Below are positions 14,147 through 22,529 of a DNA stretch of 28,843 bases, in pieces. The DNA comes from a virus (taxonomy: Duplodnaviria; Caudoviricetes), in the IMG/VR virus record IMGVR_UViG_3300033067_000911, positions 1 through 28,843 of that record. One strand, written 5' to 3'. The translations under genes and the position numbers were made by a program. How positions within the stretch are numbered: position 1 is the first letter of the stretch; the number at the start of each line of letters is the position of its first letter. The notes below the pieces were generated by a model. The model was not told the origin of the DNA. It did no database searches and saw nothing but the letters and a program-made list of their open reading frames with translations.

Positions 14147-14278
14147 TCACGGACGGGACAGCCAGTCTACGAAATCCGCCAGCACAGCCAGCGCCGCCAA
14201 TACCACCACAGCGATGATCACCACCGCCTCGGGGTCTGGCGCACATAGTTTGCGCAGGATACGACGGATGGGACGCAT
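14147..14278 (-). CDS. 43-aa single-TM peptide
   Basis: Basic N-terminus followed by AVVIIAVVVLAALAVLA; not in the ORF track. Confidence 0.5.
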   Translation of the reverse strand: MRPIRRILRKLCAPDPEAVVIIAVVVLAALAVLADFVDWLSRP

Positions 14279-14312
14279 GCATCATTGTGTGTCGGCGTGC
14301 TTCCGTTTGTAT

Positions 14313-14332
14313 ACCTGTAAGGTCTTACAGGT
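14313..14332. promoter_or_regulatory. Perfect inverted repeat containing CTGT-N8-ACAG (candidate LexA/SOS box)
   Basis: ACCTGTAAG-GT-CTTACAGGT, overlapping a stop codon and an intergenic gap. Confidence 0.4.
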
Positions 14333-14678
14333 GGATCTTGAGCAATAGTGCCGCAATCGCCGCGAACAGCGTGCCGAACAAACTCGGATCGAGATACCCG
14401 AACAGCGCTTTGCACTGTGCCTCACCGGGCGCCACCGCCCATGGCGAGTAAATGTAGAGTGAGCCGCAGCCGATGACTAGCAATTCCTCGGCCAGCCACC
14501 ACCCGGCAATGAACTTGCGCGCTCCTGAGGCGCCCCAAGCGCCTCCGCGGCCGAACAGCAGCGCGAGGACGACGATCGCGCCGGTGATGTTCCACACTTG
14601 CGCCTGATGCGCGGCGGGCACGAACTCCCACAGGTAGTGTCTCAGCAGGCACAGGATGAGGAGCGCGGCGGCGGTCAT
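14325..14678 (-). CDS. Multi-pass membrane protein (about 4 TM, 117 aa)
   Basis: Four hydrophobic segments; ATGA overlap. Confidence 0.75.
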   Translation of the reverse strand: MTAAALLILCLLRHYLWEFVPAAHQAQVWNITGAIVVLALLFGRGGAWGASGARKFIAGWWLAEELLVIGCGSLYIYSPWAVAPGEAQCKALFGYLDPSLFGTLFAAIAALLLKIHL

Positions 14679-15121
14679 GGGAATACGCCGAATGCGTAGA
14701 GGTGGTAATTTACCTGCTTGACCATCTGCCCGACAGCATGGCACAAAACCTCTTCCCCTGACATGTTCCGCAGGTTTGCCTTTGCCAACCTAGCCCACGC
14801 CATGCCAGCATGCGTGCACTCATGGGCGACAATCTCGCTAGGCCTATCGCGCAAGTCCTTCGTGTTCAGGTACATGCGGGCAACTATGCCGCGCGGTCGG
14901 ATAGCGAATCTGTCGCGATCAATCTTGCTGAACCAGTGGCGCACAAGGCCTTGCGTATCAACCCCCTCGCGGTGCCCGTCTATGCGCAGCATTTCTTCCC
15001 GCATGTGCCTACGGTTTCTGGCTAGCCTAACCTCGACGACGAATGGCCGTAACGGGTCAGGATGGATACGGAACACGCGCGCTGCGGTCGCGCGTTTAGA
15101 AAGCCTGTCTGGCTTCTTCAC
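14675..15121 (-). CDS. HExxH zinc-metallopeptidase-like protein (148 aa)
   Basis: VAHECTHAG with a downstream EEVLC; GTGA overlap. Confidence 0.7.
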   Translation of the reverse strand: MKKPDRLSKRATAARVFRIHPDPLRPFVVEVRLARNRRHMREEMLRIDGHREGVDTQGLVRHWFSKIDRDRFAIRPRGIVARMYLNTKDLRDRPSEIVAHECTHAGMAWARLAKANLRNMSGEEVLCHAVGQMVKQVNYHLYAFGVFP

Positions 15122-15576
15122 TCCACCACCGTAAACGGAATATCCACCGTCACCACGATCGGCACCAGCGAATGCACCTTGTTGCAGCGGTAGGAGAGCA
15201 CGATTTCCAGCCACGCAGGGCCCGGGGCAATGGTCGATGGGACGGGGACAGCTACCCGGAGTTTCCCCGGGTCCCTCATCTCCATCGCGGAAATCATTTG
15301 CGCCGAGGCGTGTGATGTCCCGAGGTCATACCGAATCCCGCCCTCGCCGAAGATGTAGCGGCTGAAAACCGCCTCGCATCCCCTGTCTGCATCCCTGCGG
15401 ACATCGGCGGTCAGCTTGAGCCATTCCCCGGGACGAACGGAGACATTCGGAGCCGAGAGCAAGGCAAACGGCGGCTCGCGGTCGAGAGCGAAGACGCACA
15501 GGATCACCAGCGATAGGATGATGACCGCCTTCCAGAACAGCATTAGCCGCTCTACGATGCGGTCAAGCAGCGTCAC
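15118..15576 (-). CDS. Membrane-anchored protein with beta-rich exported domain (about 152 aa)
   Basis: N-terminal TM segment followed by a beta-strand-rich region with a Cys pair. Confidence 0.7.
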   Translation of the reverse strand: MTLLDRIVERLMLFWKAVIILSLVILCVFALDREPPFALLSAPNVSVRPGEWLKLTADVRRDADRGCEAVFSRYIFGEGGIRYDLGTSHASAQMISAMEMRDPGKLRVAVPVPSTIAPGPAWLEIVLSYRCNKVHSLVPIVVTVDIPFTVVE

Positions 15577-15773
15577 CACTTGACGTGCGCCGTGAACCAC
15601 CGCCATACCTTTTCGAGTGTGTCCCATAGGGTCGTCAGGAATAGGATAGTCGCGGTGAGGAAGGTCGCCCAGCGCTTCCACGCCCCCGCAAGTCTCTGCC
15701 TGTAGGCGCGCTCCGCCTGGCGCTGCTGGTGCTCCTTGACCAGCGCGTCGAGGGCATCGTCCTTTTCTCCCAC
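15573..15773 (-). CDS. Small membrane protein, holin-like position (66 aa)
   Basis: Charged N-terminal helix then one TM segment; follows the tail genes. Confidence 0.6.
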   Translation of the reverse strand: MGEKDDALDALVKEHQQRQAERAYRQRLAGAWKRWATFLTATILFLTTLWDTLEKVWRWFTAHVKW

Positions 15774-15783
15774 ATCATCCGCC

Positions 15784-15900
15784 CTACTTGGTCGGGACGG
15801 GGCCGCCGCCGCCCTTGGTCTCGGGCGGTTTCCAACCGAGTTCGAGCAGCCGCTTTTGCACGGATGGCATGGACAGTAGGTAGTCGATTAGTTGCAGCAT
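15784..15900 (-). CDS. 38-aa peptide ending KGGGGPVPTK
   Basis: Fills the gap between the tailspike and membrane genes; not in the ORF track; weak RBS. Confidence 0.5.
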   Translation of the reverse strand: MLQLIDYLLSMPSVQKRLLELGWKPPETKGGGGPVPTK

Positions 15901-15920
15901 GATGCGATGTAGCCAGAAGT

Positions 15921-17138
15921 CTATGAAGAGTAGTTTCCATTCCCGCTCAGGCTGCCGCCAGATGCGTTCCCGCCGAAGTATGTGCCATCGGCGCTCTTGA
16001 TGTTCCCGGCCACCCGGATTGCCGAGGGGTCGGAGCCGAAGAAGTAGTTAACGCTGTCAATGCGCCATGACTGACAAGCTGGATCGATCTCGACGAAACT
16101 TTGAATATCCGTGCCGTTCGCCACTGCAATGGACAGCATCCCGATCCGGCTGTTTCGTGAGAGCCTGAGCGGCACACAGTTACCGGCCGGAGCCTCAATG
16201 TGCAACAGCCCGCTGACAGAGCAATAGGCCAGATCGATACCGACCTCGCGAGGTTGCATGACGACTATGCCGCCGCAGTCGCTTGGCCCTCCGAAGACCC
16301 TGTTGCGGCTGCAGTTCTGCAGCGTGATGTTGTGATAGATGCCGACATTGGACATCACGTCCAGGCCATACGCACCAAGCGCCGAATAGTCTCGAATCCA
16401 GATGTCCCGGACGTAGCCCTCGGTGCCGTGTTCCACCCCGTTGCGCCCCAACTCAAGGCCATGCGTCAGGCCGGGCAGATTGCGCCCGTACATTGCAAAC
16501 CCCTCAAGGATGATTTTCGAGGCAGACCCGCCGTCCGTGAAGTGCTTCCCAACAGTGCCATCCGGCGCGATGAAGTTCGTCGAATGCCTCCCGGCCGCGA
16601 ACATGCGATACGCAATCGGGAAGACAAGGTTCCCGACGAGCCAATTCCCTTGCCCGGCATAGACCGGGTGTATGGAAACCCCATCCGCCCGGCCGCTTGA
16701 TGTTGACGCGGCGATTGCGGCACGGAATGCCGCCGTGCTGTTCGTGCCGGAACCGTCGGCTCGTGCATCTCCGACTGCGCCCCACCACTGCGGGAAGATC
16801 ATCCCGCAAGTGTCGTAGCCGAAAACTACTCGGCCTGTCGCGCCAGCAAAACACTTGCCCGCCGGCCACGGGAATCGGCCATTGACCGTCAGCGTGTGGA
16901 CGCCGTAGTCGATGACTGCCGCGCCGGTGATGCGCAGAGTCATTGTCTTGGGGATGGTGATACTCGACGAAAGCGCCGTTGATTTGCCGACAATCAGCTC
17001 TCCGACCATCGTACCAACCGCAGCGACAGCCGTCTCAATGGAGCCATAGCCAGTCTCGACGCCATCAACGACAGCTCGGATAGGGTCGGCTGACTGGGCT
17101 ACGGAGTCGGCTCCCTGAATCGTGATGACCAGCGGCAT
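15921..17138 (-). CDS. Tailspike / beta-helix (pectate-lyase-3-like) receptor-binding protein
   Basis: PQWWGAVGD...NSTAAFRAAI...VY...GNWLV motif; AGGA RBS; position after the tail fibre. Confidence 0.8.
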   Translation of the reverse strand: MPLVITIQGADSVAQSADPIRAVVDGVETGYGSIETAVAAVGTMVGELIVGKSTALSSSITIPKTMTLRITGAAVIDYGVHTLTVNGRFPWPAGKCFAGATGRVVFGYDTCGMIFPQWWGAVGDARADGSGTNSTAAFRAAIAASTSSGRADGVSIHPVYAGQGNWLVGNLVFPIAYRMFAAGRHSTNFIAPDGTVGKHFTDGGSASKIILEGFAMYGRNLPGLTHGLELGRNGVEHGTEGYVRDIWIRDYSALGAYGLDVMSNVGIYHNITLQNCSRNRVFGGPSDCGGIVVMQPREVGIDLAYCSVSGLLHIEAPAGNCVPLRLSRNSRIGMLSIAVANGTDIQSFVEIDPACQSWRIDSVNYFFGSDPSAIRVAGNIKSADGTYFGGNASGGSLSGNGNYSS

Positions 17139-17172
17139 ATGTGTTTCCTGTCAGCCTGTATGCAATTGCACA

Positions 17173-17201
17173 TTGCATGTTGCGCGCAACGCGCCTACTG
17201 T
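17173..17201 (+). promoter_or_regulatory. Promoter of the inverted moron gene
   Basis: TTGCAT-17 nt-TACTGT with the palindrome GTTGCGCGCAAC in the spacer. Confidence 0.6.
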
Positions 17202-17222
17202 ATCTATACAGGAGGACGAATC

Positions 17223-17561
17223 ATGCTCTGCACCGCACTGGCTATCGGACTGCACCTCGGGACGTATCACTTCGACGCATCCAAGGGTTACAACGACTTC
17301 AATCCCGGCGCCTACGTCGTCTGCGACGGGTGGACTGCTGGAGCTTACCGGAACAGCGAGCGCAAACCGTCTGTCTACGCCGGGAAAACCTTCGCCTTCA
17401 GCGGCTTCGATGTCACCATCGGCGCGGTTACGGGCTACAGGCGCGCAGCGCTCACGCCGATGCTTGTTCCGTCGCACAAGTTCGAAAACGGCGTGCGTCT
17501 GAGCCTTCTTTTGCCTGCAGAGAAGGGAGGCGGTGGAGTACATCTGTCGTGGGAGTTCTAG
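17223..17561 (+). CDS. Putative small outer-membrane beta-barrel (PagP-like motifs), moron (112 aa)
   Basis: GGAGG RBS; TYHF, NPG, GAYRNS, SVYAG, GAVTGY motifs; ends VHLSWEF (beta-signal-like); opposite strand to its neighbours. Confidence 0.65.
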   Translation: MLCTALAIGLHLGTYHFDASKGYNDFNPGAYVVCDGWTAGAYRNSERKPSVYAGKTFAFSGFDVTIGAVTGYRRAALTPMLVPSHKFENGVRLSLLLPAEKGGGGVHLSWEF

Positions 17562-18757
17562 AGAACTTCGTACGAGAACGAAAACATATACGAAGTCGAC
17601 CCGGAGGCGGCCGAGTTCATCCACCGGACGCGTGCCCTGTCGTTTGTGGCATCTGCGTCGATAGACTGCGCGTTTAGGAAACCAGCCCCAGATTGATAGG
17701 AATTGGATGTGCCGCCAGCTTGGTATGCCGTGGTGAATGAGCTCGCAATCGGCAACGAAACGCCAACCTCGCTAGCAACCGTCCCAGTGGCCGTATGCGT
17801 GGCATCAAACTGCCCCGATACTGTAACCACGTTGCCTACGCGCACCCATTGGCATTGTCGGGCTGTGGTCGCTGAAATGTTTGCTACGCTGGTCAAGGTT
17901 GGCGTGTAGGTGCCGCTGGCGATGTGCTGGTTTGTCGTCCCGATAACCGACCCGGAATTGTTGTGCAACGCAACACCGTAGAAGCGCCCATCGCTGGTGA
18001 TGAAGAATTGGTCTGTGCTGCTTGTCCCGAATGCCAGCGTGTTAGAGGCTGAGGCGTAGATGTAGGTTTGCCCGGGCGTGTTCGTGAACGATAGCTTGTT
18101 GGTGCTTCTTACTTGAAGGCCGCCAGACACCTCTACTTTGGCGCCTGTCGATGGGGTGACGCCAAATCCGACATTGCCGCTCGAATCCCAATAGGCAGCA
18201 TCGGCAGACCCGGCGCCGATTGCAATGGAGCTGCTTGCGGGGGAGTAGATGTAGGCCTGCCCGGCAGTGTTACTGAACGACAGCTTGTTGGTGCTCGATA
18301 CCCGCGCGGCGCCCTCGACGACAAGACTTGCGAACAATGCCGCGTTCGAGTCCCGTGCGTAAAGGAAGCACCGCCACGCGCCTGATGCTGTCTGCACGAA
18401 TCCGGCGATGTCATTGGCTGCGGTCGTTATATTCGTCGCCCCCGGGAGCGCCAAATTCGATGAGTGCGTCAGCGTCAGGGCGCCCGCGAAGATGAAATAG
18501 ACGATGCGCCCATTCCATGAGTTCGTGGAGGCGATGGCGGTGATGGCCGTAGTGCCCGTGATGTTGAAACTCGAGCCGGTGGACGGAGGGGTGATCGAAC
18601 TCGCCGAGGCGATGTTGGAACCCGTCGTGACCAGCATCCGAATGAACGCATACGCCTGACGGAGCCCGTCATCCGCGAGGGTCCGCTGCTCTGAGCCTGA
18701 CGGGCCGTTGCTCGCTGCCGTCGTTGACAGGTCTTCGATGGTGGTCGGGATAGCCAT
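17558..18757 (-). CDS. Tail fibre protein (399 aa)
   Basis: Ser/Thr/Gly-rich; GNVGFG fibre motif; GTYTPTL...WVRVGNVVTV C-terminal motif; internal duplication. Confidence 0.8.
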   Translation of the reverse strand: MAIPTTIEDLSTTAASNGPSGSEQRTLADDGLRQAYAFIRMLVTTGSNIASASSITPPSTGSSFNITGTTAITAIASTNSWNGRIVYFIFAGALTLTHSSNLALPGATNITTAANDIAGFVQTASGAWRCFLYARDSNAALFASLVVEGAARVSSTNKLSFSNTAGQAYIYSPASSSIAIGAGSADAAYWDSSGNVGFGVTPSTGAKVEVSGGLQVRSTNKLSFTNTPGQTYIYASASNTLAFGTSSTDQFFITSDGRFYGVALHNNSGSVIGTTNQHIASGTYTPTLTSVANISATTARQCQWVRVGNVVTVSGQFDATHTATGTVASEVGVSLPIASSFTTAYQAGGTSNSYQSGAGFLNAQSIDADATNDRARVRWMNSAASGSTSYMFSFSYEVL

Positions 18758-18760
18758 GGG

Positions 18761-20359
18761 TTACCAGTCCGTTTGTTCGTCGATAGGCAAGCGCGAAGCA
18801 AGAAGCCCCGCCATCCGGGCGCGGTCTGCTGTTACCCCAGCCATGCCAAGCCCTCGCCCGGCCGCACCAGCAAGCCGCCCCGCTCCGTACAAAGAAGCGC
18901 CGACAGCCTTAGGGCTTTGGAATGGCAGAGCCGCCGCAATCATCGGGTTGTGCATCGTTGCAAGCCCAATGGTCCCAAGGTTCTCGGCCTGCCCGGCAAG
19001 TCCGCGTGCGGTCCACGAATTCATTGCCTGTCCCGCGATTGACGGCATCAGGCTTACGCCGCCCTCGCCTTCAAGGGTGCGCGCAAGGTCGAGGCGGTTA
19101 CCGTAGTTCGTGTTGACGTTGTTGCGAGACAGTGACTGCAGCTTGCGAAGCGCTGTGTCCTGGGATGCCTTGTTCCCGAGCGACAGCGCGCGTTCGATTT
19201 CCTTCTCCGTGCTCAGCGCCTTTTCATACTGAGCCATCGTCTCGGCATACTTCGGCGACTGATCGACAATGGTGTTTTTGACAGCGTTCCGAACGGTCGA
19301 TACAGCCCGCTGCACTTGCGACGGCATAGGGCTGTCAGGATAGACCGCGTCAAGTCTCTGCTTCAGAGCGTCAAGACCCATCGGCGTGTGCGCTGTCAAG
19401 TCAACGCGCCACTGCTGAACGACCTTTTCGATCTCCTTGATCTTGCTAATCTGATCGCCGCCGATCTTCCATTTGCCCTCATAGCGCATGGAATCGACCA
19501 CGTCTGCCAATGCCTTGTCGATTGGAGCGAAGTTCAGCCGCGTTTTGTCGGCCGCCGTCTCGGCGATGTTTGATGCGTAGAGCCCGCTGCGGGTCTCGCG
19601 CATGTTCCGCAGGCCGTCCCGGGCCTGCGTCAACACATCGGCCATTGAGGCTTCGCCGCTTAGGTTTGCAAGGAAGTCGGCATTCCCAGCCACGCCAGCC
19701 TTCGCCGCTTGGGCGATGTTCTCCGGTCCTACTCCAGTGGTCAGGCCAAGCGCGTACTTGCCGGCCGCGCCGATCCCCTTGGCAACCGGAGCGACGACGC
19801 TGAGCGGATTTGTGTACTTCGATGCGGTAGACAGCGCGGCGCCGATCCCTGGGGCACCGGCAGCTTTGGCGATACCTGCGCCGCCGCTCAACACGGTTGC
19901 AAGGTCTGCCGCAGTCCCTACAGGGTCCGTCTTGACCGTCTCGGCGATGTTCGATGCCCCGCCGTAGCGCTGTTTGTAGAACTGCCCGATAGAGTCGGCC
20001 GTCTGGTCCGCCCGGGCCACGTTCCCGGCTACACCCGGAGGATTCAGCTTGTTCAGCGACTCCTTCCATGATGCTGGAACGAGTTTCCCAACGGCGCCGA
20101 CAGCAAGATCAGCCACCCCCTGCGCAGTGTCCAGCGGATGAGCAATCGTCTTTGCGATGCCTTCGCCGAATCGCATTGCGCTGCCGGGGATGTTTTCCAG
20201 CGTTTGCTGTAGGTATCCCTTTGGCGCCTCAGGAGCAGCGCTTGACTCTTCGGCCTTTGCTTGTGCGTATGCCTTCGCTACCGTCTCGAAGTCTGGCGTT
20301 CCCTTCTTGTCAGCATTCTTGACAATCCAGGCAGCGTATTCGTCGGCGGTAGCCATCAC
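18761..20359 (-). CDS. Internal virion / DNA ejection protein (532 aa)
   Basis: Ala/Gly-rich and helical; last of three similar genes between nozzle and fibre. Confidence 0.7.
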   Translation of the reverse strand: MMATADEYAAWIVKNADKKGTPDFETVAKAYAQAKAEESSAAPEAPKGYLQQTLENIPGSAMRFGEGIAKTIAHPLDTAQGVADLAVGAVGKLVPASWKESLNKLNPPGVAGNVARADQTADSIGQFYKQRYGGASNIAETVKTDPVGTAADLATVLSGGAGIAKAAGAPGIGAALSTASKYTNPLSVVAPVAKGIGAAGKYALGLTTGVGPENIAQAAKAGVAGNADFLANLSGEASMADVLTQARDGLRNMRETRSGLYASNIAETAADKTRLNFAPIDKALADVVDSMRYEGKWKIGGDQISKIKEIEKVVQQWRVDLTAHTPMGLDALKQRLDAVYPDSPMPSQVQRAVSTVRNAVKNTIVDQSPKYAETMAQYEKALSTEKEIERALSLGNKASQDTALRKLQSLSRNNVNTNYGNRLDLARTLEGEGGVSLMPSIAGQAMNSWTARGLAGQAENLGTIGLATMHNPMIAAALPFQSPKAVGASLYGAGRLAGAAGRGLGMAGVTADRARMAGLLASRLPIDEQTDW

Positions 20360-21600
20360 TTGCCTTGCAAAATGGAATCGGCCTGCGAGCGCACATCGGT
20401 AGGCCCGCTTGAATCAAGGTACTCGCCCGGGATCTCCTTTTTGTGCGCTTTGTAGACGGCGGCACCACGGTTTTTCAGGTACTGCCGAGCCTGTGATATT
20501 TGTTCGGCCACACCCTTGTCGCCGAGCAGCAAAGCCTGCGGCGAGGTCGGGTCAACAAGCATGTTGTTCAAAAGGCTAAGGTCAGGCCCGGCCAAAGCGC
20601 CAAGTTCAAACGCATTCTTCAGGCCCATCTGCAGCGAGGTATATGCGCCTTGCAGGGCGGCCCGACGCTTGCCTAGTGCGATCGGCGACGATCCACTGTT
20701 GGATTTCAGCGTCTTTTCGTAGCTGTCCAATCCGTTTTTGAGTTCGTTCAATCCAGCAACAGACTTGTTGAACTCGACGGGATCTTGCTTCACATCGGGG
20801 GGCTTCTTCATCGGGGCGCCACTTGGCCCCGTCATAAGTTGCGGTTTGGCTCCCTCCCGGTTGCCGGGCTGCGCGTAGCCGATACTGCCGTCTCCAAGCA
20901 TCACAGGGACAGGGCTGCCATAGCTGATCGCAGTAGCCGCAGGAGCGTGCGTGGTTTCCTTTTGCATCCGCGCCTGAATCAACTTCTGTCCCTGCGGCGA
21001 TGCCGGGTCAATCCCGGACTGCTTCAGGAAGCGGATAAACGTGTCTTCCGCATCGGCCTTCGGGTTGTTCGCCAGTTGCCGGAACGTGACCGGATCAAGT
21101 AGCGTCTCGCCAGCGCCGAGTTTCACCGGCTGCAGCTGCTGCTTCTGCAATGCCGCTTGCTGCTTGATGCCCTCTAGCGGGTCGATCGACATCAGGCGTT
21201 TGATGAAATCGCCTTGATTGAACTGCGGTCCAGCCGCTGCCGCCTCGCTGGCCGAACTACCGCCGAATTCTGGGTTGCCCATGGCTGACTCGATCAGTGC
21301 CGGGTTCGTGGCCGTCGCCTTCTGCTGCGGGCTGACCATTGCCAGTTGCGCCGCTTGTTCGATGAGCTTCTGTCGCCGCTGGGACTCGGCCGCTTGGTCG
21401 TGCTCCATCTGCGCTCGCTCGAATGCGAGCTTCGCCATTTGCTGCTGCTGCGACGCTTGCTGCGTAGCCCGGACATCGCTCATGGCCCCGAGGCCAGACT
21501 GCCCCAAGGCTTGGCCTAGCCCGCCAGGCGTGGACATCAACCGCAGCCCAAGGGACAAGAGTCCTACAGACTGCGGGCCGTTCAGGTCGAATAGGCTCAT
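20356..21600 (-). CDS. Internal virion / DNA ejection protein (414 aa)
   Basis: GLLSLGLRLM hydrophobic N-terminus, Gln/Ala coiled coil; ATGA overlaps. Confidence 0.7.
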   Translation of the reverse strand: MSLFDLNGPQSVGLLSLGLRLMSTPGGLGQALGQSGLGAMSDVRATQQASQQQQMAKLAFERAQMEHDQAAESQRRQKLIEQAAQLAMVSPQQKATATNPALIESAMGNPEFGGSSASEAAAAGPQFNQGDFIKRLMSIDPLEGIKQQAALQKQQLQPVKLGAGETLLDPVTFRQLANNPKADAEDTFIRFLKQSGIDPASPQGQKLIQARMQKETTHAPAATAISYGSPVPVMLGDGSIGYAQPGNREGAKPQLMTGPSGAPMKKPPDVKQDPVEFNKSVAGLNELKNGLDSYEKTLKSNSGSSPIALGKRRAALQGAYTSLQMGLKNAFELGALAGPDLSLLNNMLVDPTSPQALLLGDKGVAEQISQARQYLKNRGAAVYKAHKKEIPGEYLDSSGPTDVRSQADSILQGK

Positions 21601-22529
21601 GTCATGCCCCCGAGATACCGCCATAGCCCGCTGTTCGCCTGCTTCTTGATGTCAGCAGGCATCAGGGACGGTTGCGCAACGTCCATGTATTGAGGCGTGG
21701 CCGTTGGGCTCCAATTGCCCCGAGTGATGGTGGGCATCGGGCCCGTGTAGTCGCCCCGCCCCTGCTGCCCTCCGGCACCGACCGCCCCGAGCAGTCCGCC
21801 TACCTTTGCAAGATCTCCGAGGTTGCCGACAGACGGGATGCCGATCTTCTTCATCGCGTCGCTGATGTTGCCGCTTAGGCTTCCGAACAGGCCCGTTCCG
21901 GCGCCACCGCCAGCGCCCGCAGAACTCGCCCCGTAGCCAGGCGTTCCGAGCGCAGAGTCGATCAAGGCCGGATTCGTCGCGTTCGTGTTGGCCGCGGCGC
22001 TACCAAGCAAGCCGGCGCCACTTTCGTAGGCGCCAAGGCCTGCCCCGGCGGAACTCGCGCCATAGCCTGCACTATTCAGCGCCGAGTCGATCAGCGCTGC
22101 ATTGGTGGCGCCGCCGCCTGCTGCGCCACCGGAGGATGCGCCAGCCGCGCCAGCACCTCCGCCAGCAATCGCAGTCCCGCCCATCCATGCCAGGGCCGCC
22201 GGAACGACAACTTCCATCACGTTGTCAAGCCAACTGTCTTTGCTGCCCTGGTACTGCTGCGTCGTCAGCGTCTTTCCGGTTGGGTCGGACAAGGCCGCCT
22301 CGAACAGGTTGTCGCCGATCTGCTTGCGGCCCAACTTGTAGCCCTGCAGCGCATCCCAGTTGACCGCGCCGCGTTGGCCGGCCAGATCACGCGCGCCGCC
22401 GGCATCGAACCCGCTCGGAGCGATTTGGCCCCAAAGTCCGGCTTGTTCGAGCAGTTGACGCACCGGCCCAAGGTCATCCGCGTTGACCTGGCCTGTCGGG
22501 GCAGCGGCCCACGAATAGTCCATCATCAC
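21597..22529 (-). CDS. Gly/Ala-rich virion (ejection-type) protein (310 aa)
   Basis: Glycine-zipper-like segment and two copies of an NxALIDSAL...GYGASSAGAG motif. Confidence 0.7.
   Translation of the reverse strand: MMMDYSWAAAPTGQVNADDLGPVRQLLEQAGLWGQIAPSGFDAGGARDLAGQRGAVNWDALQGYKLGRKQIGDNLFEAALSDPTGKTLTTQQYQGSKDSWLDNVMEVVVPAALAWMGGTAIAGGGAGAAGASSGGAAGGGATNAALIDSALNSAGYGASSAGAGLGAYESGAGLLGSAAANTNATNPALIDSALGTPGYGASSAGAGGGAGTGLFGSLSGNISDAMKKIGIPSVGNLGDLAKVGGLLGAVGAGGQQGRGDYTGPMPTITRGNWSPTATPQYMDVAQPSLMPADIKKQANSGLWRYLGGMT

Noticed and set aside
15025-15055. GCCTAAC inside the HExxH gene (and GGCTAAC near 5936) as further attC sites
   Set aside because: No L boxes, stem or downstream GTTRRRY at attC spacing; both lie within coding sequence.
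17198-17211. CTGTATCTATACAG as an SOS box
   Set aside because: Spacing is CTGT-N6-ACAG, two bases short of the canonical box; it overlaps the moron -10 region and may be incidental.
17558-18757. Diversity-generating retroelement acting on the tail fibre
   Set aside because: No reverse transcriptase in the window, and the repeats are both in frame with differences not confined to adenines.
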